In this document: positions 20,047 to 30,764 of the stretch, in pieces
Numbering within the stretch: the first letter of the stretch is position 1
How the letters are laid out: every line of letters begins with the position of its first letter
Assembly (NCBI GenBank): GCA_038204125.1
Contig: JBBRDH010000003.1
Span: 7,326 to 71,325 of the forward strand
DNA from: Mycobacteriales bacterium
GTDB taxonomy: Bacteria; Actinomycetota; Actinomycetes; Mycobacteriales; Nakamurellaceae
Reading direction: 5' to 3'
DNA length: 64,000 bases
The notes under the pieces: generated by a model
Seen by the model: only the letters and a program-made list of their open reading frames with translations
What the model was told of the DNA's origin: nothing
Databases searched by the model: none
Position numbers and translations under genes: made by a program

Positions 20047-20811
20047 TCATGGCCCACTGGAAACGCCGCCGGACAGCTTGTCGGAGACCTCGGGGGCGAA
20101 TCGGACCTGCAGCAGGGTACCGACTGCCAGGACGTCGGAGTCCAGACCGTTCATCTCTTCGATCTGGCGGACGACCAGACCGGTTTCGGCCGCCGGCTGG
20201 GCCATGGCTGCGATCGACCACAGCGTGTCGCCGGCCACGACCCGCACCGGGACGACAGTCGTTTCCGGGGAGGGAGCCAGCAGCGACCGGATGAGAATGG
20301 CAGCCGCGGCAACCGTCAGGACCGTGGTGGTCAACCGGGCCAGTCGCCCCATCCGGTAGCCGACGAGGTGGGCCAGGTGGTCGCTCCCCGCCGATACTGT
20401 GGCCGAGGTACGGCTGGTGGAAGGCAGCAACCCGGAAGGCGGGCGGCGGAACGCGGTCAGCCGCGCGCGTCGCCGTCTGAACGCCCGCTCGCCGGCGGCC
20501 GTCCGCGGCCCCGTTGTTGCCGGCTCGGCAGCTGCCGGTTCGGCATCCGTTCGCCGGGTCGTCGCCGGTGGGGGCAGCAACCAGGACACCGGGCCATCCC
20601 AGGGGGCTGCTGATTCCTCGTATTGCACTGCCAGGTCAGTCATCGCCCAATTGGTTGCCCAGTCGGTCGCCCACTCAGGTGTCACCAGGTCGGTTGTCGC
20701 CAAGTCGGTTGTCGCCGAGTCGGTTGTCGCCAGGTCAGGTGTCACCAGGTCGGTTGTCGCCAGTTCAGTTGTCGCCAGGTCGGTTGTCGCCAGGTCGGTT
20801 GTCATAGCCAA
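20047..20811 (-). CDS. Membrane-anchored LysM protein divergent from lexA (ChiZ/YneA-like candidate division inhibitor)
   Basis: TM then VRVVAGDTLWSIA...IEEMNGL..DVLAVGTLL LysM motif; conserved position opposite lexA. Confidence 0.8.
   Translation of the reverse strand: MAMTTDLATTDLATTELATTDLVTPDLATTDSATTDLATTDLVTPEWATDWATNWAMTDLAVQYEESAAPWDGPVSWLLPPPATTRRTDAEPAAAEPATTGPRTAAGERAFRRRRARLTAFRRPPSGLLPSTSRTSATVSAGSDHLAHLVGYRMGRLARLTTTVLTVAAAAILIRSLLAPSPETTVVPVRVVAGDTLWSIAAMAQPAAETGLVVRQIEEMNGLDSDVLAVGTLLQVRFAPEVSDKLSGGVSSGP
20674..20805. repeat. 15-bp tandem repeat, about 9 units (encodes TTDLA/TPDLA)
   Basis: GTCGGTTGTCGCCAG-like units read directly. Confidence 0.9.
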
Positions 20812-20880
20812 ACCCCACTGTCAGCGGCCGATCAACGGCCGTCCACCGGTTCGGGCCAGGAGGGCAGGGAGCTCTCCAGG

Positions 20881-20896
20881 TCGAACGAGCGTTCTA
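20881..20896. promoter_or_regulatory. LexA box
   Basis: TCGAACGAGCGTTCTA, one mismatch, in lexA/LysM intergenic region. Confidence 0.75.
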
Positions 20897-20912
20897 ACGA
20901 ACGCCTGACCGA

Positions 20913-20934
20913 GTTCTACACCTCTTCACCGACA
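20913..20934 (-). promoter_or_regulatory. PafBC/RecA-NDp-type promoter candidate for the LysM gene
   Basis: Minus strand TGTCGG-N10-TAGAAC; last base departs from TAnnnT. Confidence 0.5.
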
Positions 20935-20959
20935 GTCGGAAGATTTATCGGCGTGTCCG

Positions 20960-20975
20960 TCGAACGCATGTTTGA
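20960..20975. promoter_or_regulatory. LexA box
   Basis: TCGAACGCATGTTTGA, one mismatch, upstream of lexA. Confidence 0.8.
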
Positions 20976-21124
20976 ATTGTGACCCGCACGGTCGTAGCGT
21001 GGCAGACACACCAGGGCAAGGATCCAGATCGGCCCCGTTACATATGAAGCGACAGTTCCGGCACGACATACCTGGCCCTACACATCTGGCGTGACTCATC
21101 TGGCGCGACTCATCTGGGGACGAC

Positions 21125-21910
21125 ATGACGAACAGAAAGGCATCGAACGTGGCGACACGAAGCAAACCTCAGAGCAACGAACCGAGCGGGGATCAGGCGG
21201 CAGATCGCGAGGCCGGCGGTCCCGAGGTGATCCCGGGCGGGCGGGCGCCAGTGGAGGTTTCCGAGTTTCCCGAGGTCGACAACGGCCGGGTAATGACCGT
21301 GCGTCAGCGAAAGGTTCTCGAGGTCATCCGCGACTCCGTCCAGCGCCGGGGGTACCCGCCCAGCGTCCGCGAGATCGGCGAGGCAGTCGGCCTCAAGTCC
21401 CCGTCGTCGGTGGCCCATCAACTCGGGGTACTGCAGCGCAAGGGGCTGCTGCGAAAGGACCCGAACCGGCCCAGGGCCGTCGACGTCCGGTCGGCCGAAG
21501 AGATGACCGAGGCCGGGAATCCGAGTGCCTATCCGCCGCCCTCGTACGTGCCGGTAGTCGGCCGGATCGCGGCAGGTGGACCGATCCTGGCGGAGCAGGC
21601 CATCGAAGACTTCTTCCCGCTACCCAAGGACCTGGTGGGCGAGGGAACGCTGTTCCTGCTGCGGGTCGTCGGCGACTCGATGGTCGGAGCGGCGATCACC
21701 GACGGGGACTGGGTGGTTGTCCGCCAGCAACAGGTCGGAGAGAACGGAGACATCGTGGCCGCGATGATCGACGGTGAGGCGACGGTGAAGACCTACCGGC
21801 ACAAAGACGGGCACCTCTGGTTGATGCCCCACAACCCCGCTTACGAGCCGATCCCAGGGGACGACGCGGTGATCCTCGGACGCGTGGTCGCGGTGTTGCG
21901 AAAGCTCTGA
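21125..21910 (+). CDS. lexA: SOS repressor LexA
   Basis: [26 protein letters not shown] cleavage site, GDSM, EATVK. Confidence 0.98.
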   Translation: MTNRKASNVATRSKPQSNEPSGDQAADREAGGPEVIPGGRAPVEVSEFPEVDNGRVMTVRQRKVLEVIRDSVQRRGYPPSVREIGEAVGLKSPSSVAHQLGVLQRKGLLRKDPNRPRAVDVRSAEEMTEAGNPSAYPPPSYVPVVGRIAAGGPILAEQAIEDFFPLPKDLVGEGTLFLLRVVGDSMVGAAITDGDWVVVRQQQVGENGDIVAAMIDGEATVKTYRHKDGHLWLMPHNPAYEPIPGDDAVILGRVVAVLRKL

Positions 21911-21985
21911 CGGCGGGCGAACCGCCCGGACCGCATCGGCGGCGGATCGGCCTCCGGGAAACCCCAGGGGCCGGTCCGCTGCGAT

Positions 21986-22354
21986 TCAGCCGAGATTCGC
22001 CGACCCGGCCACCGGGTTGCTCACGGATTCCTTGACAATCGAGGGCTGGACCAGGGGAACAGCCTGGACCAGCGGCTGCTCTACCGGCGGCTGAACGATC
22101 ACCGGTTGTACTACAGGTGACGGGGCGAGCTGCGAAGGCGCCTGGGAAACGGAGGCGGCCGGCGTGCTGCCTGTCGGGTTGACGGACACGCTCGTGGTCC
22201 CTGCGTCGTCTTCGTGCATCGCACTGACCTCGGACTTCAAGATGCGCAGCGACCGGCCGATACCGCGGGCCGCGTCGGGAAGCTTCTTCCCGCCGAAGAG
22301 CACGAGGAAAACAACGACGATCAGGATGATGTGCCAGGGCTGTAATCCGCCCAT
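21986..22354 (-). CDS. tatA: Sec-independent translocase subunit TatA (stand-alone)
   Basis: [43 protein letters not shown]; GGAGG RBS. Confidence 0.9.
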   Translation of the reverse strand: MGGLQPWHIILIVVVFLVLFGGKKLPDAARGIGRSLRILKSEVSAMHEDDAGTTSVSVNPTGSTPAASVSQAPSQLAPSPVVQPVIVQPPVEQPLVQAVPLVQPSIVKESVSNPVAGSANLG

Positions 22355-22656
22355 GTCGACCTCCAGGTCGGGTAGTCGGTCAGAATCGGTCAATCAACCA
22401 CAGCGGGAGAATCCCCGCAGAGAAATATCGGTGAGCCGACACCATAAGGTCGCCTTCGGCTTCGATCCGAAGGATTTCAGGTGAAGTCGCGCCTCAAGCA
22501 CGTTCGCTGCTGATCGGATCAAGGATGGGTCGGTGCACTGCAAGGCTACGCTGTCGGGCGGTCCCGGGTAGGGCAAGCGATCGTGGTGAAGACGTCGCGA
22601 CCGCCGGGGGCGTCGCAAAAGGCAGGCCCAGAAGGGCGGCCGAAGCAGACGGTCAT

Positions 22657-24177
22657 TCAGACGCTTGCCACGGCCCGAAATCCGGCCAGTGCGCCGGCCA
22701 ATGCCGGATAGACCTTCGCGGTGATCAGGGTGCCACCGCCGGTGTGCTCCTCGGCGAGCACAGTGCCCTCGGTGTGGATTCGGGACACCAGGCCCCCCTC
22801 GGAGAATGGCAGGAGCACCCGGACCCGCATGGCCGGATCCGGCAGGGCCGCAGCGATCACCGAGCGCAGTTCGTCCAGACCCTCGCCGGTCCGGGCAGAG
22901 ACGAATACAGCACCCGGAAGCAGGTGACGGAGGCGGCCGAGAGTGATCTCGTCGGCGGCGTCCACCTTGTTGACCACCAGGATTTCCGGCACCGACGCCG
23001 CGTCGATCTCGGCCAGCACCTCGCGCACCGCGGTCACCTGTGCCTCGGGGTGCAGATCGGCACCGTCGATGATGTGCAGGACCAGGTCGGCGTCGGCGAT
23101 CTCCTCCAGCGTCGACCGGAACGATTCGACCAGCTGGTGCGGCAGATGGCGGACAAAACCGACGGTGTCGGTGAGGGTGTAGAGCCGCCCGTCGAGCGTC
23201 TTCGACTTCCGGGTGGTCGGGTCCAGGGTCGCGAACAGCGCATCCTCGACCAGCACGCCCGCATCCGTGATCGCGTTGAGCAGGGACGACTTGCCGGCAT
23301 TGGTGTACCCGGCGATCGCCACCGCGGGCACCGCATTGGCCCGTCGCTGCGACCGCTTGGTGTCCCTGACCTGCCGCATGGCGGCGAGCTCGCTGCGGAG
23401 CTGGGCTATCCGGCGGTGGATCCGGCGTCGGTCGATCTCCAGCTTGGTCTCGCCCGGACCACGGGATCCGATGCCCGCGCCGGCGGCGACCCGGCCACCC
23501 CGTTGCCGGGAAAGGGCGGCACCCCAGCCCCGAAGACGCGGCAACAGATAGTTGAGCTGGGCCAGTTCGACCTGGGCCTTGCCCTCCTTGGATCGGGCGT
23601 GCTGGGCGAAGATGTCGAGGATGAGCGCGGTCCGGTCGACGACCTTGACCTTGAGCTGCTCCTCCAGGTTGCGCAGCTGGCCGGGAGTGAGCTCGCCGTC
23701 GCAGATGACGGTGTCTGCGCCGGTGGCCTGGACCACCTCGGCCACCTCGCGCACCTTGCCGGAGCCGATGTAGGTGGCGGCGTCGGGATTGCGGCGTCGC
23801 TGGGTCAATGCGTCGAGGACGACGGAGCCGGCGGTCTCGGCCAACCGCGCCAACTCGATCATGGACGACTCGGCGTCCTCGGCAGTCCCTTCGGACCAGA
23901 CCCCGACCAGGACGACCTGCTCGAGTTGCAGGTCGCGGTACTCGACCTCGGTGATATCGGCGAGCTGGGTGGACAGGCTCGCAACCCGGCGCAGCGCGGC
24001 CCGGTCCGCGAGGTCGCGATCGCCCTGGGTCCCGGAGTCGGCGAAGTGGTGGTCAGGGGCCGCCGTCCGGACGTCACGCGGTTCGGGTTCGCCGATCTCG
24101 ACAAATCGTGGCTCGCCGCCCGGTCGGATCTCATTGGCCGACACGGCGCTTGCGGGGACTTCGTCATGGATCGTCAT
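22657..24177 (-). CDS. hflX: GTPase HflX
   Basis: IDRTALILDIFAQHA-like segment, QVELAQL.YLLPRL, GPGETKLE.DRR, GYTNAGKSS, DTVGF. Confidence 0.97.
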   Translation of the reverse strand: MTIHDEVPASAVSANEIRPGGEPRFVEIGEPEPRDVRTAAPDHHFADSGTQGDRDLADRAALRRVASLSTQLADITEVEYRDLQLEQVVLVGVWSEGTAEDAESSMIELARLAETAGSVVLDALTQRRRNPDAATYIGSGKVREVAEVVQATGADTVICDGELTPGQLRNLEEQLKVKVVDRTALILDIFAQHARSKEGKAQVELAQLNYLLPRLRGWGAALSRQRGGRVAAGAGIGSRGPGETKLEIDRRRIHRRIAQLRSELAAMRQVRDTKRSQRRANAVPAVAIAGYTNAGKSSLLNAITDAGVLVEDALFATLDPTTRKSKTLDGRLYTLTDTVGFVRHLPHQLVESFRSTLEEIADADLVLHIIDGADLHPEAQVTAVREVLAEIDAASVPEILVVNKVDAADEITLGRLRHLLPGAVFVSARTGEGLDELRSVIAAALPDPAMRVRVLLPFSEGGLVSRIHTEGTVLAEEHTGGGTLITAKVYPALAGALAGFRAVASV

Positions 24178-24327
24178 ATACCTCCAGGGTGCCTGATCGG
24201 AGCCCGGTCGTGCCACCCAATTGCCGGACGGGTCCTGCGTGGCGGTTCCGGGGCACCCTGGCTTTGCTCCGGGCCGGCTCCGCGGCACCGATTGACACCA
24301 CCGAACAGGGGGACCAGCATCGGTCCG

Positions 24328-25677
24328 GTGAAGGCCGATCCACCGCCAGATGCGTCCAGCCTGTTTCATCACGTCGACTTCCGGCGGCTGTGGATCGGCG
24401 ACACCGGTTCGCAACTCGGCACCGCGTTGGGATATCTCGCGATTCCTTATCTCGCGGTCACCGCACTGCACGCGAACGCCTTCCAAATGGGGTTGCTGGG
24501 CACCGTGGCCGGGATGGGCTTCCTGATCATCGGATTACCGGCCGGCGCGTTGGTCGATCGCCGCAGTAAACGGCGGGTGATGATCGTCGCCGACATCTGC
24601 CGCGGCGCACTGCTTCTCACAGTGACGATCGCCTGGTGGCTGCACGTGCTCACTTTCACGCAGATACTGGTGGTCGCAAGCGCCGTCGGCGTCCTGACGG
24701 TGTTCTTCGACGTCTCCTACCAGTCCTATCTGCCATTGCTGGTCTCCCGCGATCAGGTGGTGGACGGCAACGCCAAATTGCAGGCCAGCCAGTCGGTCTC
24801 GCAGTCGGCGGGCCCGGCTGTCGGCGGGCTGCTGTTGAAACTCATCGGGCCGGCCGTCGTCATCGCCACCAACGCCGCCGGTTATTTGGTTTCCGCTTAT
24901 TTCCTGGGTCGAATTCAGCACCGCGAGACGGTTTCGGAGCCGTCGAGCCGTCGCCCACTCGTCACCGAAATTGGCGAGGGGTTCAGCTTTGTCGTCCGAC
25001 ATCATCTGCTGCGCAGGCTGATCGCCTGCACCGGAATCATTAATTACGCCAGTAGCGGCGCCGGTTCGCTGCTTGTCCTCTATCTGGTCCGCGACCTGCA
25101 TCTGGCGCCGCTGACCATCGGTGCGCTGGATTCGGCAGCCGCGCTGGGCGGGCTTCTGGGCGCTCTGCTGGCCACCCGCCTGGCTCGCCGGATCGGCGAG
25201 GGCCCGGCCATCCTGGCCACCTCTGCGGTGGCGGCCGCCGCAGCCTTCATCAATCCATTGGCGTCGGTGTTGCCGGCGATACCCACGCTGCTGATCGGCG
25301 GTTTCGCCGGAATGGCGGCAATAGTCACCTACAACATCGCCACCGTGAGCTTCCGGCAGCGCCTCTGCCCGCCGGAACTGCTCGGCCGGATGAATGCAAC
25401 CGCCCGTTTTCTCGTCTGGGGAACGATGCCGCTGGGCTCCATCACCGCCGGCGTGCTGGGTTCCCACCTCGGCGTACTGACGACGCTCTGGATCATGGCG
25501 GCGACCGGCTGCCTCGCTCTGCTACCCGTTGTGCTGTCGCCGTTATGGACTCTTCGTACCCTGCCGGCCGAAGACCCGACGCCCCCGTCCGGAGAGAACC
25601 TGTTGCCCCGGTCCGACAAGATTCGGAGCGAACCGGAGCCACGTTCGGCCGATCCCTTCGAGGTCGGCGAGCGCTGA
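24328..25677 (+). CDS. MFS transporter
   Basis: FRRLWIGDTGS, GALVDRRSKRR motif A, about 12 TM; the listed 1050-aa ORF includes an antisense run over hflX. Confidence 0.88.
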   Translation: MKADPPPDASSLFHHVDFRRLWIGDTGSQLGTALGYLAIPYLAVTALHANAFQMGLLGTVAGMGFLIIGLPAGALVDRRSKRRVMIVADICRGALLLTVTIAWWLHVLTFTQILVVASAVGVLTVFFDVSYQSYLPLLVSRDQVVDGNAKLQASQSVSQSAGPAVGGLLLKLIGPAVVIATNAAGYLVSAYFLGRIQHRETVSEPSSRRPLVTEIGEGFSFVVRHHLLRRLIACTGIINYASSGAGSLLVLYLVRDLHLAPLTIGALDSAAALGGLLGALLATRLARRIGEGPAILATSAVAAAAAFINPLASVLPAIPTLLIGGFAGMAAIVTYNIATVSFRQRLCPPELLGRMNATARFLVWGTMPLGSITAGVLGSHLGVLTTLWIMAATGCLALLPVVLSPLWTLRTLPAEDPTPPSGENLLPRSDKIRSEPEPRSADPFEVGER

Positions 25678-25699
25678 CGACATCGACCAACCCCTCGGT

Positions 25700-26530
25700 C
25701 TACCGGGCAGCGGCCCAGAAGTCGGCGTCGATGATCCCGGTCGCCACGATCACCGCCGGGCCGGTCAGGGTGGCGCTGCCGGCGCGGACATCGACCCGCA
25801 CCGAACCACCGGGCACCTGCACGGTCACCGTCCCGTAGAGGTCGCCATTCTCGTCCGGACGGATGCTGTCCAGATAGACGGCGGCCGCCGCGACCGTGCC
25901 GGTACCGCAGGATCGCGTTTCACCCACCCCCCTTTCGTGCACCCGCATCCGCACGGCGCCGGGGCCGTGCACGTTGACGAACTCGACGTTGACGCCGGCC
26001 GGGAAAAGTTCGCTGTCGACGTCCGGTGCGCGAGTCAGGTCCAGCTCTGAAAGGTTCGAATCGGTGAGGCAGACCAGGTGCGGATTCCCGACGTCGACAG
26101 CAAGGCCGGCAAATCCGACGCCGCGCACAACCGCAACCGCGGGCGCCCCGACCCGGACCGGACCCATCCCGATACTCACGTCGCCGACGTCGCCCCGCAG
26201 CTGAGCGGTGCGCATCCCGCCGCGGGTCTGGAACTCGAAAGTGCCGACGGATTCCAGACCGGACGTCACGAGATAGCGGGCGAAGAGCCGCGCGCCATTG
26301 CCGCACATCTCGGCGACCGAGCCGTCGGCATTGTGATAGTCCATGAAGTATGCGCCGTCATCCCCCGGCGCAATACGGATGATCCCGTCGGCACCTAATC
26401 CGCCGTGCCGGTCACATAACGCCCTGACCTGGCCGGGGGTGATCTGCAATGTGCCGGCGAGGTCGGGCAGCAGGACGAAGTCGTTCTCGGTTCCATGGCC
26501 CTTGACGAACGGGATCCCGGAAACGCTCAC
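25700..26530 (-). CDS. dapF: Diaminopimelate epimerase
   Basis: FVKGHGTENDF, EMCGNG, VGNPH, GVNVEF, ERGVGETRSCGTG. Confidence 0.97.
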   Translation of the reverse strand: MSVSGIPFVKGHGTENDFVLLPDLAGTLQITPGQVRALCDRHGGLGADGIIRIAPGDDGAYFMDYHNADGSVAEMCGNGARLFARYLVTSGLESVGTFEFQTRGGMRTAQLRGDVGDVSIGMGPVRVGAPAVAVVRGVGFAGLAVDVGNPHLVCLTDSNLSELDLTRAPDVDSELFPAGVNVEFVNVHGPGAVRMRVHERGVGETRSCGTGTVAAAAVYLDSIRPDENGDLYGTVTVQVPGGSVRVDVRAGSATLTGPAVIVATGIIDADFWAAAR

Positions 26531-26540
26531 CGGGTCGATC

Positions 26541-27500
26541 TTACGGTCCGGCCCAGCCGACCCACCGGCCCTGTGATACCTCCGGCCTGCCGGTCACGGC
26601 CGCGAGCACCAGCTCGACCACATCCGCGGCCGCCGCGTCGAGTCTGATCGGTCGCGGATCCCGCCCGAACCAGGAGCGCTGGCGACGGACGAACCGCCGG
26701 GTGGCCCGGACGGTGTCGGCGGCTGCCACCGACTGTTCCGAGATTCCATCCAGGACGTCCAGCATCTGGCGGTACCCCAACGCCCGCGAGGCCGTGAGAC
26801 CGGACCGCAGACCGGCCTGGTCCAATGCCCGCACCTCGGCCAACAGGCCTGCCGCCAGCATGGAAGAAACCCTTGCCGCCAAACGGTTGTCCAATTCGGC
26901 GGTCTCCCGGTCCAGGCAGAAGTAGCAGGCGTCATAGCGCGGCGGCCCGGGTTTCGGCATGGTTGCGGTGAACGGTCGACCGGTGATCTCGACCACCTCC
27001 AGGGCGCGGACCAGACGGCGACCGTTGCCCGGTTCGATCGATCCGGCCGCGACCGGGTCGACCGCCCGCAGCCGATCGAGGAGAAGCGAAGGGCCGCCCT
27101 CCGCCAATTCGGCCTCGAGGCGACGCCGGACGCCGGGATCGGTTCCGGGGAAGTCGATCTCGTCGATCACCGAGCTGACGTACAAGCCCGAGCCGCCCAC
27201 CAGGATCGGTGTCCGGCCGCGACGCAGGATGTCCTCGATGGCGGCCCTGGCTGCACTCTGGTAGCTGGCGACGCTTGCCGTTTCGGTGACGTCGAGGACG
27301 TCGAGGAGGTGGTGCGGGATGGCTCGACGATCGGCCGCCGGAATCTTGGCCGTGCCGATGTCCATACCGCGGTAGAGCTGCATCGAATCGGCGTTGACCA
27401 CTTCGGCGTCGAGCATCTCCGCCAGGTCCAGAGCCAGATCCGACTTGCCGGTGCCGGTGGGGCCGGCGACGACGATCAGCCGTCCGACGGCCACTGCCAC
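26541..27500 (-). CDS. miaA: tRNA dimethylallyltransferase
   Basis: GPTGTGKS, NADSMQLYRGMDIGTAK, VGGSGLY, TRRFVRRQRSWF. Confidence 0.97.
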   Translation of the reverse strand: MAVAVGRLIVVAGPTGTGKSDLALDLAEMLDAEVVNADSMQLYRGMDIGTAKIPAADRRAIPHHLLDVLDVTETASVASYQSAARAAIEDILRRGRTPILVGGSGLYVSSVIDEIDFPGTDPGVRRRLEAELAEGGPSLLLDRLRAVDPVAAGSIEPGNGRRLVRALEVVEITGRPFTATMPKPGPPRYDACYFCLDRETAELDNRLAARVSSMLAAGLLAEVRALDQAGLRSGLTASRALGYRQMLDVLDGISEQSVAAADTVRATRRFVRRQRSWFGRDPRPIRLDAAAADVVELVLAAVTGRPEVSQGRWVGWAGP

Positions 27501-28291
27501 GTCCCAACCAGGTAGCCGACGCCGAACGGGGCGCCGTCGTAGAGCAGGTCCGCAGTGGCCGCACCCCGCGGGCGGGCTAGTTCGGCCAACGCGGACAACG
27601 CCGGTAGGCCCGCGACCAGTAATTCAGGGGCCAGGGGCCCGGCCGCTGCCACCGCGGCAGCCAGGTTGCCCGGGTCCCCGGAACGGAACGCCGATGCCAA
27701 CCGCTGGTCGTACCCCGGCGCGCGGTCGTCGCGACCGCCGGGCGAATCGGCGCCCCGGCAGCCCGACGCATCGGCGATGACCAGCACACCGATCCGGTCG
27801 GCAGTATCGGCGACGATGCCCCAGTCGGCGGCATCACCGGGCGCGGCCAGGGCTACCGAACAGGGCAGGCCGATTCCGGTCGCGGACAACAGCGCAAGCC
27901 CGACCAGGCCCCCGGTACTCGCCTCGGCGATCTGCCCGGGCGAAACGGGCTCGGGGTTCGAAGGGGACAGACCCGACCGGCCACCATGGTCGGGGTCGCG
28001 GCCGCGAAGATCGCTGCGGCCGAACGGCGTCGGCGACTGCCCGGCGCCGGAGTCGGCACCCAGGAAGTCGACGCCGGCAGAGCCCGCGCCGGAACGTCGA
28101 GGACGCACCCGCGTCACTCGCGTCCCCGGACCGGATGCGGCGACCACGACGAGCACCCGGTCGACCGACCGCAGGGTGCCCACGGCGCGGCGGCAGGCCT
28201 CGACCAGATCGCCGGCCACCGCGGCCAGCACTGGTGCGACACCCGGGATCAGCATCGGCGCGCCTGGGCACAGAGCTACCGCCGTGATCAC
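27476..28291 (-). CDS. Conserved actinobacterial protein upstream of miaA (extradiol dioxygenase subunit B-like)
   Basis: MITAVALCPGAPMLIP, LLYDGAPFGVGYLVGTW; matches recalled Rv2728c position. Confidence 0.8.
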   Translation of the reverse strand: MITAVALCPGAPMLIPGVAPVLAAVAGDLVEACRRAVGTLRSVDRVLVVVAASGPGTRVTRVRPRRSGAGSAGVDFLGADSGAGQSPTPFGRSDLRGRDPDHGGRSGLSPSNPEPVSPGQIAEASTGGLVGLALLSATGIGLPCSVALAAPGDAADWGIVADTADRIGVLVIADASGCRGADSPGGRDDRAPGYDQRLASAFRSGDPGNLAAAVAAAGPLAPELLVAGLPALSALAELARPRGAATADLLYDGAPFGVGYLVGTWQWPSDG

Positions 28292-28511
28292 CCCTGCAGG
28301 CTAATCCGAAGTAAAGGTGACCGAGGCAGACGAGCCCGTCGACCTCGCCTCCGGGAACCCGGGCTTTGCCCCGGGCTAGTGGAGCCTCCCCTCCAGCGGG
28401 CACACTGTGAGCGTGCGGATCCACGACGGGTCCACCGCGCCGTAACAGGGGCACCCCCGGGTGCCGGGAGTACGTCATCTCCCAGCAGGATCACCAGAAA
28501 GGCCCACGACC

Positions 28512-30764
28512 ATGACCGAGGACGACACAACGCAGACCAGCTCCGAGGACCTGCCAGGGAGCAAGGATCCGGCCTTGCCAGGTGAAGGTCCGTCAGCGGC
28601 GTTGTCTTCGGATTCGCGGGCGGACGTCAACGCCACGGCCGTCCCCCCCCGGTCCGATCAGATTCTGGTCGATGACGCTGCGGCCGACGGGACCGAGGCT
28701 CGGGGCAAGGCGGAGGTGCAGGTGGCCGCAGCAACCGGACCGGGGGCAGTCGACAACGAACCGGCGCCCGCCGAGAACGAAGCCCCCACCGAACCGGCGC
28801 CCGACGACACCGAAGCCCCCACCGAACACGTTGCTGCCGACACCGCGCTGAGCCCCACCCCGCCGACCGCACACGATCTGGCGCCGGCGGACTTCCCGGA
28901 CTACGGACAAAATCTCCGACCGGTCGAAGTTCAGCCGCCCGTTCTGGATGTGCGCCCGGCCCAGGCCGGCGAATCGTTCTCAGTTCCTGCGGTACCTCTC
29001 GGGCCCGATGTGCCGGACATTCCCCGTCGGCCTGATGTCGACCCGACACCTGACTCGTTCCCTGGCTCTCCGGGACCCGACTTCCCCTCCCCGCCGCCGC
29101 GACCAGACGTCCCGGGGACACCCGAGCCCTCCGGCCCGGTAGTTCCGGAGCTGACTCCCGGGGTGGGTGCGGAACCGATGATCCCGGCGTCACCCGCCGA
29201 CCCGTCCGAGCACGCCGACCCTTCGGACCCCACCGACTTGTCGCAACCGGGTACCCCCTCCGAACCCGCCGAACCCGCCGAACCGGCGGAACCCGCGGAC
29301 CCGGCGAGCCCGGCCGCGGCCGGGCCGGAAACGGTCGGCTCAGACCCGGAACAACAGGCGGTCCCGCCCAGCTCCGCGCCCACCTCGCCGACCGCCGGGC
29401 CCGAGCGCCGGCCGGGCGCCGGAGCCGGGCTGCCGGGAGCGACGGGCGGTCGACGAACTGGCCGGCCCGGCGCCTCTCCCGGGAACGCCAAGCCGGCCCG
29501 GTCACGTCCGGCGGGCGGGCATGCCCCGCCGACCCTCGAATCAACGGCGGAGCCGACAGATCCGCACAAATGGGGTCGGATCGACCCCGACGGCGTCGTC
29601 TACGTCTACAGCTCGACCGGCGAGCGTGCTGTCGGTAATTGGCAGGCGGGAGAACCCGAGGAGGGATTGGCCCACTACGCCCGCAGGTTCGACGACTTCG
29701 CCACCGAGATTGCGCTGCTGGAAACGCGCCTCGCCACCGGGTCCGGTGACCCGAAGACGACCAAGGCCCACGCCATCGAACTCCGCGAATCCGTGGACAC
29801 CCTCGCCGGTGTCGGTGATCTCGACTCGGCGGCGGCTCGGCTCGAGATCGTCATCGGCGCGGCCGATGCGGCCATTGCCGGCGCCTCCACCGCCAGGGCA
29901 GCGGCCCGCGCCGCTGCTGTCGCAGCGAAGGAGTCCCTGTGCTCGGAGGCCGAGAATCTCGCAGAGTCCGAACAGTGGAAGTCGACCGGCGATCGGTTGA
30001 AGGAGATCGTCGACGAATGGCGCAATATCCGCGGGATCGACCGAAAGACCGATGACGCACTGTGGAAGCGCTTCGCAAAGGCCCGCGATGCGTTCACCCG
30101 GCGGCGGGGGACCCACTTCGCCGATCTGGACAAGCAGCGGACCGCCGCAAAGGACGCCAAGGAGGTACTGATCGCCGCCGCGGAGACACTCTCCGAGTCG
30201 AGCGAATGGGGCAAGACGGCCGGTGAGTACCGCACCTTGATGGAGCAGTGGAAGGCGTCCGGCCGGGCCCCGCGGGATGTCGAGGATGCCTTGTGGGAGC
30301 GCTTCCGGGCAGCCCAGGAGAAATTCTTCTCCCGACGAAACCAGACGTTCAGCCAGCGGGACTCCGAATTCGAAGCCAACGCCGCCGCGAAGGAAGCACT
30401 TCTGGCCGAGGCCGAGAAGATGACCACTGCCGGCGGTGTGGACACGGCGAAAGCGGCCCTGCGCTCCATCCAGGAGCGGTGGGAGGCCGCGGGGAAGGTA
30501 CCCCGGGAGCGCATCAAGGAGTTCGATGCCCGGTTGCGGGCGGTCGAGGACCGGATCAGATCCGCCGAGGATTCGCACTGGCGGCGGACGGATCCGGAGA
30601 CCTCCGCTCGGATCGAGCAGTTCCGGTCCAGGGTCGAGTCCTACCAGGCCCAGGCGGCGAAGGCCAGGACGGCGGGAAACGAGCGCAAGGCCAGGGAAGC
30701 TGAGCAGCAGGCCGCCCAGTGGCAGGAGTGGCTGGCAACGGCGGAGGGATCGGTGGAACGCTAG
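28512..30764 (+). CDS. DUF349 domain protein with long Pro-rich N-terminus
   Basis: [23 protein letters not shown], repeated W..F..A segments. Confidence 0.9.
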   Translation: MTEDDTTQTSSEDLPGSKDPALPGEGPSAALSSDSRADVNATAVPPRSDQILVDDAAADGTEARGKAEVQVAAATGPGAVDNEPAPAENEAPTEPAPDDTEAPTEHVAADTALSPTPPTAHDLAPADFPDYGQNLRPVEVQPPVLDVRPAQAGESFSVPAVPLGPDVPDIPRRPDVDPTPDSFPGSPGPDFPSPPPRPDVPGTPEPSGPVVPELTPGVGAEPMIPASPADPSEHADPSDPTDLSQPGTPSEPAEPAEPAEPADPASPAAAGPETVGSDPEQQAVPPSSAPTSPTAGPERRPGAGAGLPGATGGRRTGRPGASPGNAKPARSRPAGGHAPPTLESTAEPTDPHKWGRIDPDGVVYVYSSTGERAVGNWQAGEPEEGLAHYARRFDDFATEIALLETRLATGSGDPKTTKAHAIELRESVDTLAGVGDLDSAAARLEIVIGAADAAIAGASTARAAARAAAVAAKESLCSEAENLAESEQWKSTGDRLKEIVDEWRNIRGIDRKTDDALWKRFAKARDAFTRRRGTHFADLDKQRTAAKDAKEVLIAAAETLSESSEWGKTAGEYRTLMEQWKASGRAPRDVEDALWERFRAAQEKFFSRRNQTFSQRDSEFEANAAAKEALLAEAEKMTTAGGVDTAKAALRSIQERWEAAGKVPRERIKEFDARLRAVEDRIRSAEDSHWRRTDPETSARIEQFRSRVESYQAQAAKARTAGNERKAREAEQQAAQWQEWLATAEGSVER

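Noticed and set aside
22525-25677. 1050-aa giant ORF
   Set aside because: The first 600 codons are antisense to hflX; only the MFS part is credible
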